Positions 21,702 to 31,025 of a stretch of 64,000 bases of DNA are shown here, piece after piece. The notes below the pieces were generated by a model. That model was not told the origin of the DNA. It saw only the letters and a list, made by a program, of their open reading frames with translations, and made no database searches. Origin of the DNA: a virus (lineage: Duplodnaviria > Caudoviricetes); the IMG/VR virus record IMGVR_UViG_2541047295_000015, positions 32,001-96,000 of that record; one strand, given 5' to 3'. The first letter of the stretch is position 1. Every line of letters begins with the position of its first letter. The position numbers were made by a program, and so were the translations under genes.

Positions 21702-22077
21702 AAAATTAGTTATTTTAGCATGAATATATAATTCTAAACGATAAATTTATCTAGGTAATAATATAAAACATTTGTTTATAATGAGTATTTAAAAATACTA
21801 TGCAAGATAAAAAGTTATTTTAAGAATGTTATAATCAAAAAAACATTTTACATTATTTATATGTTTGCAAAATATGGATGTGATATAAATGAATTTATTA
21901 ATACTTTTTAAAATGTATAAAAAAACATTAATCATCTGTTAGTAATTCTATAAAGTTAATACAAAAGAAATTTAAGGATTATTTAGATTTGATTGTTGAA
22001 TCTAAATAGCAAAGTTTATAAGAACAGAAATTATATAGAAAGCTAAGATATATTGTCGTGATCAAGAAAGACTTAGT

Positions 22078-22200
22078 AAGAACTATATTATATAGTTCTT
22101 TTTTTATTGAAAGAAACTAAGGACTATACATAAATATAGTCTTTTAAATAAAAAAAGAAGGTGACAAATTGTTAAATGAAGATGTGGTAAAGAAATTAAA
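22078..22200 (+). repeat. Cassette junction B: terminator + second hairpin + conserved RBS/start
   Basis: aagaactata-tta-tatagttctt+T; aaggactata-cataaa-tatagtcttt; aagaaggtgacaaattgttaaatgaagatg. Confidence 0.8.
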
Positions 22201-24355
22201 AAATGTACCTAGTGATACTAATTCAGAAATTAATAAAAAAACAACTATTAATGATGCAGAAGAATCTGAGACTACAACGTATTCATCAAAAAAAATAAAA
22301 AGCTTAGTAAATACCATAGAAAATACAGCTAATAAAGTAACTATAGAAGATATAGCTAATAATTTTACAAGTGACAATGTAGAGGGAGCACTAGATGAGC
22401 TTTTTCAATCTGTCAGTAATGGGAAAGAATTAATCGCTACTGCTATTACTGACAAAAAAGTACCAACTAATAGTAGTGATACATTTCAAACTATGGCAAG
22501 TAATATTAGTAGTATAAAACAAATGCCAGATATGCCTGATGATGTTGAAGAAGTTTGGTGTTTTTACAATGATTCAAGTGTAAATTCAGTATGTGTAGAT
22601 TCTAAAGATAATATTTATAATGCTAGTAGTGATATGTCAGTTAAGAAAATATCTCCATTAGGAAAAGAAATATGGAGATTTACAAAGCATACACATTTTG
22701 TGAATTCAGTAACAGTAGATTCTGATTTTAATGTTTATAGTGGTGGGGTTGACAGAATCTTAAGAAAAATATCTTCTTCTGGAGATGAAATATGGTCTTT
22801 TTCAGGTTTTAAAAACAATATAACATCTATATGTATTGATTTAGATAATCATATAATAGTTGGAATTGCAGATAGTAGTCTGGTTAAAGTATCATATGAA
22901 GCGACAAAAATATGGGAATACACAGGAAACACTAACAGTATATTATCAGTAGATGTAGATTCCGCTAATAATTATTATATTGGAAGTGCTGATGAGAGTA
23001 TAAAAAAATTATCTAAAAATGGATCATTAATATGGAGTTATATGGACAACATGGGTTCAGTTTATTCAGTGTGTATTGATTCTAACAATAATCTAATAAG
23101 TGGTGGAAACGATAAGATTATAAGAAAGTTTAATCCTAATGGCGAGATAATCTGGAAATCTATAAGCCTTTCTACTATATTTTCTTTAACAGTTAATAAT
23201 GAAAATGAAATATATTGTGGATGTGATGATAAAACTATAAAAAAGATATCTCATAATGGATTAAAAATATATGAATTTATGGTACACACTAATCGAGTAG
23301 AAACTGTAACTTTAGATAGTAAAAATAACATACTAAGTGGTAGTAGTGACAATACCTTAAAAAAATTTCAACAAAATTTAGGTATTCTAGTTACAAAAGA
23401 TAACCAAAGCGAAATACATAAGGTAACTAAATTAGGAACTCTTGTAGAAGAAGTATCTCCTTATCCTGATAATATATGGACAACTAATCTTGATGTTGAC
23501 ATAATCATGTCAACATGTATAGATTTCAATGATAATATAATAAATTGTGATGGATTTGATAGATCAGTAATTAAAACATCACCTTCAGGTGATCTTATCT
23601 GGAAATATAATTTTTTATTTAGTTTAGGTATATATTCAGTATGTACTAATAATGACGGTTTAGTGTACTGTGGAGGCATCAGCAATCTAATGTTTTTATC
23701 TGATCCTGATGTTGTTTCTAATGAATTGCCTTTACATTCAGATATCATTATTAGTCTAGCAATTGATAATAGTAATAATTTAATAAGTGGTAGTTATGAT
23801 AATACTATTATAAAAACATCATTAGAAAGAGACGATACATTCATGAAGTCACTCTGGACATTTACAGGACATACTGATCATATTACTGTAGTTACAGTTG
23901 ATTTACATGATAATGTGTATAGTGCTAGCAATGATAAAACAGTAAGAAAAATATCTTCTGATGGCGTTGAAATATGGAGATTTATAGGGCATACTGATTC
24001 TGTAAATTCAGTATGTGTAGATTCTAAATATAATGTATATAGTGCTAGTAATGATAAAACAATAAGAAAAATATCTTCTGATGGCGTTGAAATATGGAAG
24101 TTTTCAGGTCACACTGATTCTGTAAACTCTGTATGTGTAGATTCAGAGTTTAATATTTATAGTGGCGGATCTGATAGTACAATAAGAAAAATAGCCAATA
24201 ATGGTGTTGAGATATGGAAATCAACATCTTTTACTAAGTCAATTAAATCAATATTATTAGATTCATCTAATAATATTGTTATAACTTATAATCTTAATAC
24301 TATAAGTAAATTGAAAAATACACATGTATTACAAAAAGTAGCTTATTATAACTAA
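22169..24355 (+). CDS. Tail fibre module 4 with WD40/beta-propeller repeats
   Basis: MLNEDVVKK start; many WxFxGHTDSVNSVCVD...SASNDKTIRK repeats. Confidence 0.75.
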   Translation: MLNEDVVKKLKNVPSDTNSEINKKTTINDAEESETTTYSSKKIKSLVNTIENTANKVTIEDIANNFTSDNVEGALDELFQSVSNGKELIATAITDKKVPTNSSDTFQTMASNISSIKQMPDMPDDVEEVWCFYNDSSVNSVCVDSKDNIYNASSDMSVKKISPLGKEIWRFTKHTHFVNSVTVDSDFNVYSGGVDRILRKISSSGDEIWSFSGFKNNITSICIDLDNHIIVGIADSSLVKVSYEATKIWEYTGNTNSILSVDVDSANNYYIGSADESIKKLSKNGSLIWSYMDNMGSVYSVCIDSNNNLISGGNDKIIRKFNPNGEIIWKSISLSTIFSLTVNNENEIYCGCDDKTIKKISHNGLKIYEFMVHTNRVETVTLDSKNNILSGSSDNTLKKFQQNLGILVTKDNQSEIHKVTKLGTLVEEVSPYPDNIWTTNLDVDIIMSTCIDFNDNIINCDGFDRSVIKTSPSGDLIWKYNFLFSLGIYSVCTNNDGLVYCGGISNLMFLSDPDVVSNELPLHSDIIISLAIDNSNNLISGSYDNTIIKTSLERDDTFMKSLWTFTGHTDHITVVTVDLHDNVYSASNDKTVRKISSDGVEIWRFIGHTDSVNSVCVDSKYNVYSASNDKTIRKISSDGVEIWKFSGHTDSVNSVCVDSEFNIYSGGSDSTIRKIANNGVEIWKSTSFTKSIKSILLDSSNNIVITYNLNTISKLKNTHVLQKVAYYN
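23850..24215 (+). repeat. Near-identical 120-bp tandem coding repeats (WD40 blades)
   Basis: tagtgctag.aatgataaaac..taagaaaaatatcttctgatggcgttgaaatatgga recurs at a 120-nt period. Confidence 0.75.
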
Positions 24356-24372
24356 TTTTAGGAGGAAATAGA

Positions 24373-24705
24373 ATGCAAAAATACTTAACAGGATTGGAAC
24401 ATAAGGAAGGTAACATTTATAAAGTGAATTTAATACATAATATGCCATTTGATAAAGTTAATGGCTTAGGAAAATCAGCTCAAGAATTGGAATTGAATGG
24501 TGTTCTAATTGACACATTAATTGAAGCTGAACATAAGGAAGGGTTTGCATCTATTATGTATGTAGATAAGACAACAAAAGAGATTACATATGAGTATGTA
24601 GAAATACCATTGACACCAGAACAAGAAGCTCTAAAGAAAGTCAAAGAATTAGAATTAGAAAATGCTAATACAAACTACGCACTAATGATGGGAGGATTAA
24701 TATAA
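24373..24705 (+). CDS. Tail fibre chaperone (module 4)
   Basis: HNMPFD..GLGKS.QEL...ITYEYVEIPLTPE motif; RBS ggagga. Confidence 0.65.
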   Translation: MQKYLTGLEHKEGNIYKVNLIHNMPFDKVNGLGKSAQELELNGVLIDTLIEAEHKEGFASIMYVDKTTKEITYEYVEIPLTPEQEALKKVKELELENANTNYALMMGGLI

Positions 24706-24842
24706 TGTTAGGATTTGAAAAAATAAAATACTATTATAATAATAACATGTGGACTAAAGAAATGGTTAAAAATGCAGTACTTAAAGAAAAGATAACAGCG
24801 AAGGAATATAAAGAAATAATAGGCGAGGACTATATAGCATAG
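24705..24842 (+). CDS. XkdX family protein, 45 aa
   Basis: MLGFEKIKYYYNNNMWTKEMVKNAVLKEKITAKEYKEIIGEDY, typical XkdX pattern; RBS ggagga. Confidence 0.8.
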   Translation: MLGFEKIKYYYNNNMWTKEMVKNAVLKEKITAKEYKEIIGEDYIA

Positions 24843-24945
24843 TTCTTTTTTTATTGAAATAAACTGAGAAGCATATTTATATGTAGTTCTTTAAATAAAA
24901 AAGAAGGTGATAAATTGTTAAATGAAGATGTAGTAAAAAACATTA
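24826..24945 (+). repeat. Cassette junction C: terminator + imperfect hairpin + conserved RBS/start
   Basis: atagttctttttttattgaaa.aaact...taaataaaaaagaaggtgataaattgttaaatgaagatg matches junction B over about 100 bp. Confidence 0.8.
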
Positions 24946-27242
24946 ATAGATTAGATAAAGAGCAGGATGACATTAATTTAGAACTTAGTAAAAAAGCAAG
25001 TAAGGAAGATTTAGAAAAAGTAATACAAAATGGTACTAATGTAGCTGTATCTAAAGATATTTCAACAAGTGATTGGATACTAGAAGAAAGTACATATACA
25101 ACTATAATTGAACATAACCTTGTAACTAGAAAAGTACTTATAAGCTTAATTGATAAAACTACTAATAACAATGTATTTTGTTCATATAAAATTTTAGATG
25201 ATAATAGGATAAAAGTTTTTAATGAAACCAATGATGAGCTTGAATGTATAGTTGTAAATGGAAACTCAGCTATAAATATGACTTCAGCAACTATTGATGA
25301 TAAGAGAAGTACTGAAACAACCACTTATTCTTCTATAAAGATAGAAGCTTTATTAAAATCCTTAGAAAATAAAATTGATGATATAGAAAATCTCAAGGAA
25401 GTTGACAATATAAAATGTAGTACAGATATAGGAGAATATACTATAGAAAATAGTAAGAAAGGTTATCTAACTAATTTTAATATAGAAGGAAAGACTCTAA
25501 TTGATTTATGGGGAAAAACTAGTTCAGATTTTTCTTTATGGAAAACCACTTTTTTAGATGGAAAAATAAACATACTAACAGAAAATGATATAAGATATTC
25601 TAATTTTTTTACTACCAATTATACTTTATATAAACCAGATACTATATATACAATAATAGTTGATGTTGATAAAAATACTTTACCTAGTACAAGTGGAATA
25701 TATATTCATAGTTTAGGAGAAGAAAATTCAGTATTTATTCCTAATCTGACAAATATAGCTATATTAGGAGGAGTGATTGGGAAATTCAGATATACATTTA
25801 CAACAATATCAGACTTAAGTGATTGTAATGTGGCCTTAAGGAGTGTTTTAGATAATGATACACTTGCATCTGGTTATGAAGTAAGTTTGAAAATTACCAT
25901 ATTAGAAGGAAATTATACAGATATTAATATAAATTACTCTAATGAACTATTAAGTGTTGGGCAAAGAGATAAAGTGGAGCTTTTAAGTTATCCATATAGT
26001 GGAATTAATATCTTTAATAAGAATGCCAATTTTAAAGATAATTATATTTTACAATATCTTAATGGAGAGGAACTTATTTCTGAGGCTAGTAATCATAAAT
26101 ATACATTAGACTATATAGAAATAGAACCAAATACAGAGTATACTTTTTATAATTGTAGTAGAAATATTTGTTGGTATGATATAAATAAAAGTTTTATTCC
26201 AACACCATTAAATGAAAGAATAATAGGAGATAAAGATATTTTTTATGTTGCTAGAAGCCCTAAAAATGCAAAGTATCTAAGAGTTACTATAATAAAAGAT
26301 TTGCATGATGATGGTAATAAAACAATTATAACTAAAGGAAATAAATATGATAAAAAGAAAATTCCTTATACATTAAGAAGCTTACCAAATGGAATAAGAG
26401 ATAAAATAGTCTACAAAAATGGTTCATATAAACTAATACAAAGATGTGAAGAAATAGTTTTTAATGGTAATGAAAATTGGATAGAAGTTCATGGAATGTA
26501 TGAGTTTAGATTAAATTTAGATATATCTGTATTAAGATTAGATATGTCTAAGTTTGTAACTAACTTATACAAGCAATCTCATGTAGACTATATATATAAT
26601 GTTCAAACTGAATCAGCATTATCTATATCAACAGAAAATGGAATAGGTGTAATAGATATAGTAGATACTTCAATATCTCCTTTTAACATTGCTAACTTTA
26701 AAGAAAAATTAAAGAAAAATCCTTTGAAAATAATTTATGAATTAGAAACACCAAGAGAAATTAAACTTAGTCTACTAAATTTGGAGCAATATGATAATCA
26801 AACTAGATTTATTTGTAACTCAGGCATTGCGATACCAAATATTAGTTTTGAAAGGACACAAAATTTAGGTAGCCATATAGAAGTTATTAGAGAGAATTTA
26901 AAATCAATAATTAAAACTGAAAGTAATATTGATTTTAAATTTATAAATGGATGGGATAAAGTGTGGCAATCAGCTACTATTACAAAGGTAGGAAAGTATT
27001 TATTTATAAACATGATTGTAACAAAAAATACATCAGCTACTGTTTTAGAAGAAGCAATAATTAAATTACCTTTAGGAATATCAAGACAAAACTATTCTTG
27101 TCCAGTTATGAATTCTTCTTGTGAACAAGTTGACACTGTAGGGATAGCTTGTGTAAATAATACTATACTAATGTTAACTCCAGGTCATGATATTACGAAT
27201 AAAGGAATTTTAATTAGTGTTGTTGTAAATTTGGAGGTCTAA
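24915..27242 (+). CDS. Tail fibre/receptor-binding module 5
   Basis: MLNEDVVK start; HNL..SYKILDD domain; IEGKTL, LRSLPNG.RDKI and IYELETP motifs common in clostridial phage fibres. Confidence 0.7.
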   Translation: MLNEDVVKNINRLDKEQDDINLELSKKASKEDLEKVIQNGTNVAVSKDISTSDWILEESTYTTIIEHNLVTRKVLISLIDKTTNNNVFCSYKILDDNRIKVFNETNDELECIVVNGNSAINMTSATIDDKRSTETTTYSSIKIEALLKSLENKIDDIENLKEVDNIKCSTDIGEYTIENSKKGYLTNFNIEGKTLIDLWGKTSSDFSLWKTTFLDGKINILTENDIRYSNFFTTNYTLYKPDTIYTIIVDVDKNTLPSTSGIYIHSLGEENSVFIPNLTNIAILGGVIGKFRYTFTTISDLSDCNVALRSVLDNDTLASGYEVSLKITILEGNYTDININYSNELLSVGQRDKVELLSYPYSGINIFNKNANFKDNYILQYLNGEELISEASNHKYTLDYIEIEPNTEYTFYNCSRNICWYDINKSFIPTPLNERIIGDKDIFYVARSPKNAKYLRVTIIKDLHDDGNKTIITKGNKYDKKKIPYTLRSLPNGIRDKIVYKNGSYKLIQRCEEIVFNGNENWIEVHGMYEFRLNLDISVLRLDMSKFVTNLYKQSHVDYIYNVQTESALSISTENGIGVIDIVDTSISPFNIANFKEKLKKNPLKIIYELETPREIKLSLLNLEQYDNQTRFICNSGIAIPNISFERTQNLGSHIEVIRENLKSIIKTESNIDFKFINGWDKVWQSATITKVGKYLFINMIVTKNTSATVLEEAIIKLPLGISRQNYSCPVMNSSCEQVDTVGIACVNNTILMLTPGHDITNKGILISVVVNLEV

Positions 27243-27245
27243 AGT

Positions 27246-27581
27246 ATGGATAAAATGAAATTTAAAATAATAAAAGAGCATAATTTCTCAAAAGAAGAAA
27301 TTGACAACATAGAAATTGACAATTTTTTTATTACAGGTAATGGACAATTATGGACTCCTTTAATAAGCAAAGAAGGAGAGCTAATTAAGACAGGTGAACA
27401 ATCTTATAACGAATGGTTAGAATTACAAAAGAATCCACCTAATCCAGAACCATCAATTGAAGAAATAAATGCAAATAAAATCACAGTTTTAATAGAAAAT
27501 CAAAAGGAGCAAGATAATCTTTTAATAGATAATGCTTATAGAATCGCTATGTTAGAACTTAACACAAACAATGTGTTATAA
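27246..27581 (+). CDS. Tail fibre chaperone (module 5)
   Basis: Position; KTGEQSYNEWL and LLIDNAYRIAMLEL motifs. Confidence 0.6.
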   Translation: MDKMKFKIIKEHNFSKEEIDNIEIDNFFITGNGQLWTPLISKEGELIKTGEQSYNEWLELQKNPPNPEPSIEEINANKITVLIENQKEQDNLLIDNAYRIAMLELNTNNVL

Positions 27582-27607
27582 AATTATAAAAACTTGGAGG
27601 AAAGAAT

Positions 27608-27778
27608 ATGTATAATATTTTAAAAAGAATGATTGAGCAAAAGAGCTTTGATACTAAAGAGAAATTACAAACTAAGTTGGATGTATTTTATGCTATGAAT
27701 AGGATAAAAGAAAGTGAGTACACAGAGTTAACGACTTTATTAAATAAAGAAGGAACAGTAGTAGAGCCAACAATATAG
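27608..27778 (+). CDS. Small tail chaperone, 56 aa
   Basis: RBS ggagga; MYNILKRMIEQK...KLDVFYAMNRIKESEYTEL. Confidence 0.7.
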   Translation: MYNILKRMIEQKSFDTKEKLQTKLDVFYAMNRIKESEYTELTTLLNKEGTVVEPTI

Positions 27779-27851
27779 GTTCTTTTTTTATGTTTAAATT
27801 TAGAGGGCTGACTAATCTCAGCCTTTTTATTTATTGAAAGGAGTGGTAATT

Positions 27852-28664
27852 TTGAACATAAAAACATTAACAATCCATGCAGGTCATAATCCAGATTATA
27901 AGGTCGGCTCTGGAGCAGTAGGTAATATAAAAGAATCTACAGAGGCAAGAAATGTACTAAAATATCTAATATCTTTAACTCAAAAAGAGTGTAAAGTATA
28001 TGATTGTACTTGTAATGATGGAACTTCTCAGAGTGATATATTGAATAAAATTATAGCTAAATGTAATTCATATAACTCAGATTTAAATGTAAGTGTTCAT
28101 TTTAACTCAGGTGGAGGTAGAGGTGTAGAAGTCTTAGTATATAATTTAAATGACAAAGAAACCGTTGAAATAGCTTCAAGAATTTGTGAACAAATAACAA
28201 AAACTTACCATGCTAAATGGGATAAAGCTTTTAAAAACAGAGGTGTCAAAGAAAAGAAAACTCTAGCATTTTTAAGAAGAACAAAAGCAAAATCACTTTT
28301 AGTTGAATGTTGCTTTGTAGATACAGATGATACTAAAAATTATAATGCTAAAGATATGGCCATAGATATTGCCGAAGGAATATTTAATAAACCTATAAAT
28401 CAAACACAGGAGGAAAAAATGAAATATACAATAGTTTATGAAGGAGAAGTTGATAAAGCTATAGCTAATGTAATGGCCATAAATTATAAATCTTATGAAG
28501 TCTATGTATGTGAGTTAAAAAATTACATACCTGGCCATTGTCAAAACCTTTATGTAATAGGTTCAGCCAGTGACAAAATTAAGACTAGTGAAAGATTCAC
28601 TAAGTTACAAGGTGATGACAGATGGGCTACACTTTATAAAGTATTAGATTTTATAGGGAAGTAG
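27852..28664 (+). CDS. Endolysin, N-acetylmuramoyl-L-alanine amidase (Amidase_3, CD27L-like)
   Basis: HAGH, E, SVHFNS and LVECCFVD motifs; RBS aaaggag before TTG at 27852. Confidence 0.9.
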   Translation: MNIKTLTIHAGHNPDYKVGSGAVGNIKESTEARNVLKYLISLTQKECKVYDCTCNDGTSQSDILNKIIAKCNSYNSDLNVSVHFNSGGGRGVEVLVYNLNDKETVEIASRICEQITKTYHAKWDKAFKNRGVKEKKTLAFLRRTKAKSLLVECCFVDTDDTKNYNAKDMAIDIAEGIFNKPINQTQEEKMKYTIVYEGEVDKAIANVMAINYKSYEVYVCELKNYIPGHCQNLYVIGSASDKIKTSERFTKLQGDDRWATLYKVLDFIGK

Positions 28665-28675
28665 GAGGTAATGAA

Positions 28676-29293
28676 TTGAATATATTAGATAAATCAACCG
28701 CAAAATTAGAACAAGTCTTTGCATATTTAGATACATTAAATAATAACTCTAATCCACCACACTATTTATGTAAGGCTATAGTACCAATAATATACAAAGA
28801 AGCAGAGAAAAAAGGTGTAAATCCAGTTATTGCAATTGCTCAAGCATTTGTAGAAACTGGATATTTTAATTTTGGTAGAGTTTTAAATCCTTCATATTGC
28901 AATGTATGTGGACTTAAAGGTAATAAAGGTGGTGGAGATTTAGACCCATCAGCTCATACAAGATTTAGTTGTTGGGAAGATGGAGTGGCAGCATTTATAG
29001 ACCATCTAGCCCTATATGCTGGAGCTAAAGGTTATCCAAAATATAACGAATTAGTTGGTAAAAATGAATACAAAGTTAATGGAGTTACATTAGATCCTAG
29101 ACATTTCCCATATTTACATGGAGAAGCTAAGATAGTTGAGAGTTTATCTGGTAAATGGTGTCCAGATATGGGCTATGGTCAAAACATAATAAATATATGC
29201 AATAAGATAAATTCAATGAAAATAGAAAATAATGATATGAAGTTAGAGCAAGTAAAAATTAAAGTAAAAGAATTAAGTGACATTCTTGGATAG
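28676..29293 (+). CDS. Glucosaminidase (GH73-like) second lysin
   Basis: IAQAFVETGY and NVCGLK motifs. Confidence 0.8.
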   Translation: MNILDKSTAKLEQVFAYLDTLNNNSNPPHYLCKAIVPIIYKEAEKKGVNPVIAIAQAFVETGYFNFGRVLNPSYCNVCGLKGNKGGGDLDPSAHTRFSCWEDGVAAFIDHLALYAGAKGYPKYNELVGKNEYKVNGVTLDPRHFPYLHGEAKIVESLSGKWCPDMGYGQNIINICNKINSMKIENNDMKLEQVKIKVKELSDILG

Positions 29294-29304
29294 GAGGAAG
29301 TTAT

Positions 29305-29556
29305 ATGGATATAATGCAGTTTATACCTCAAAATTTGATAATGCTAATAGGAGGTCTTTACATATTGGGGACTTTTATAAAAGAATCAAATATTAAAAAT
29401 AAATATATACCTTTTACATTATTGATTATATCAATAATAAGTAGTTGTTTATTTATGAAAGAGTTGTCAATAGAGGCTATCTTTGAAGGTATTTTATGCT
29501 GGGGAGCGTCTATAGGTATAAGTCAAATACAAGTACAAAACAAAAAGGAAAAGTAG
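29305..29556 (+). CDS. Holin
   Basis: 83 aa, about 3 TM segments, KNKYIP motif, in lysis cassette. Confidence 0.75.
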   Translation: MDIMQFIPQNLIMLIGGLYILGTFIKESNIKNKYIPFTLLIISIISSCLFMKELSIEAIFEGILCWGASIGISQIQVQNKKEK

Positions 29557-29868
29557 ATGTTATCTAAAGAAATGATTGAATTATTAAGCCAATATGGATA
29601 TACGGCTATACTATTAACGATAGTAATGTTATGGTTTGGCAGATATTTAGAAAAGAATAGACAACTAGAGCAGGATGACAGAAAAAAGGAAAGAGCTTAT
29701 TTTTCAAGAGAAATTAAAGAGCAGAGAACTTTATTTGGTAATACAATAGATAAATTTGATGATAAATTAGATAAATTTGCAGAAGCATTAAACACTAATA
29801 ATAGTAGACTTGAAAGAGTTGAAACAGACATAACAGAAATAAAAGATAGATTAAAGGCTAGAGATTAA
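29557..29868 (+). CDS. BhlA/UviB-like holin-associated protein
   Basis: Single N-terminal TM + coiled coil (LERVETDITEIK). Confidence 0.65.
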   Translation: MLSKEMIELLSQYGYTAILLTIVMLWFGRYLEKNRQLEQDDRKKERAYFSREIKEQRTLFGNTIDKFDDKLDKFAEALNTNNSRLERVETDITEIKDRLKARD

Positions 29869-29898
29869 TTTTTCTAGTCTTTTTAAGGAAGTGAGATA

Positions 29899-30837
29899 TT
29901 GACAACATTTGAAAAGAGAAGTAAAAGAATTAAAATAGATGGAGATATAAACAAAAATAATGAGAAATTAATAAAAGGATTTCTTCAAGCTAAGAAAATA
30001 GCTGGATTAAGCGAAAAAACTATCTATGTATATAGGTGTGATTTAAATACATGGTCTAGATATCTACATGATGAAATGGGTGATTTACTTATTGAAGATT
30101 GTACTGAAGACGATATAATGGAGTATATTTCATTTAGGATGGAAGATAATCATGTTAATAGAATCAAAGTAATATTCTCAGGCATTTCATCTCTATATGA
30201 CCATCTTAGAAGGAAAAGAATCGTAAAAGAAAATCCAGTATCACTAATAGAAAGACCTAAAAAAGGATTACCTGTTGTAGAAAAACATTTTTTAAATATA
30301 GAACAAGTTAAAGAACTACAAGATAAATTGTCAAAACAAGATGATTTGCAATTAGAAGTTTATATAAATTTTGCTTTGTCAACTGCTGGTAGAGTTACAG
30401 CTACAAGTAATCTGACTTGGGAAAATATAGACTTTGATAATAGAGTATGTGAGAATATCAAGGAAAAAGGTGGAAAGATAGTAGATTTTTACTTTAGTGA
30501 GAAAGTAAAAGATTTATTATTAAAACTAAAAAAACTGAGAGAAGAAGAAAATATAATAAATGATTATGTTTTTTTAGTTAGGTATGGTGGAGAATATCAT
30601 AAAGCTACATCAGATGTATTAAGAAGTTGGGCTAAGAAGGCTGGTAAATTAATATATATAGATAATTTAGCACCTCACTCATTAAGACGAAGTTTTGCAA
30701 CTATAGCTAAAGCTAATAACTTACCACTTGAAGATATCTCAACTATCCTGAATCATGAATCCACTGATACAACTAAGATATATATAAAAGAAGATAAATG
30801 TAAAATTTCTAAATCTAAAGATTTAATAGGACTATAA
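29899..30837 (+). CDS. XerC/D-like tyrosine recombinase
   Basis: TAGRV, KEKGGK, PHSLRRSFAT, LNHESTDTTKIY catalytic residues. Confidence 0.9.
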   Translation: MTTFEKRSKRIKIDGDINKNNEKLIKGFLQAKKIAGLSEKTIYVYRCDLNTWSRYLHDEMGDLLIEDCTEDDIMEYISFRMEDNHVNRIKVIFSGISSLYDHLRRKRIVKENPVSLIERPKKGLPVVEKHFLNIEQVKELQDKLSKQDDLQLEVYINFALSTAGRVTATSNLTWENIDFDNRVCENIKEKGGKIVDFYFSEKVKDLLLKLKKLREEENIINDYVFLVRYGGEYHKATSDVLRSWAKKAGKLIYIDNLAPHSLRRSFATIAKANNLPLEDISTILNHESTDTTKIYIKEDKCKISKSKDLIGL

Positions 30838-30897
30838 AATTAAAAAGAAGTGATATTATGGCATGTAAAGGTAAGAAAAAAGGAAATAGATAATAAT

Positions 30898-30952
30898 AAG
30901 CCCTCTAGGGATTACTCTTAATTGAGTTTTCTTTAGAGGGCTTTATTTTTTT
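30898..30952. terminator. Bidirectional terminator
   Basis: aagccctctaggg...ctttagagggcttt between convergent genes. Confidence 0.75.
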
Positions 30953-31025
30953 GTCCATAATGACTTTTTATGCAAATTTTCTATATTTGTAAAATTCCAT
31001 TCATTAGTATCTTACTTTATTAAAG

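Noticed and set aside
19959-27242. Invertible shufflon for tail fibre tips
   Set aside because: All cassettes are complete genes in the same orientation with direct, not inverted, junction repeats; no reversed tip fragments were found.
97-27873. Many minus-strand ORFs in the supplied track overlapping the tail genes (e.g. 97..537, 9128..9412, 24851..25324)
   Set aside because: Antisense shadows of long coding genes; no RBS and no recognisable motifs.
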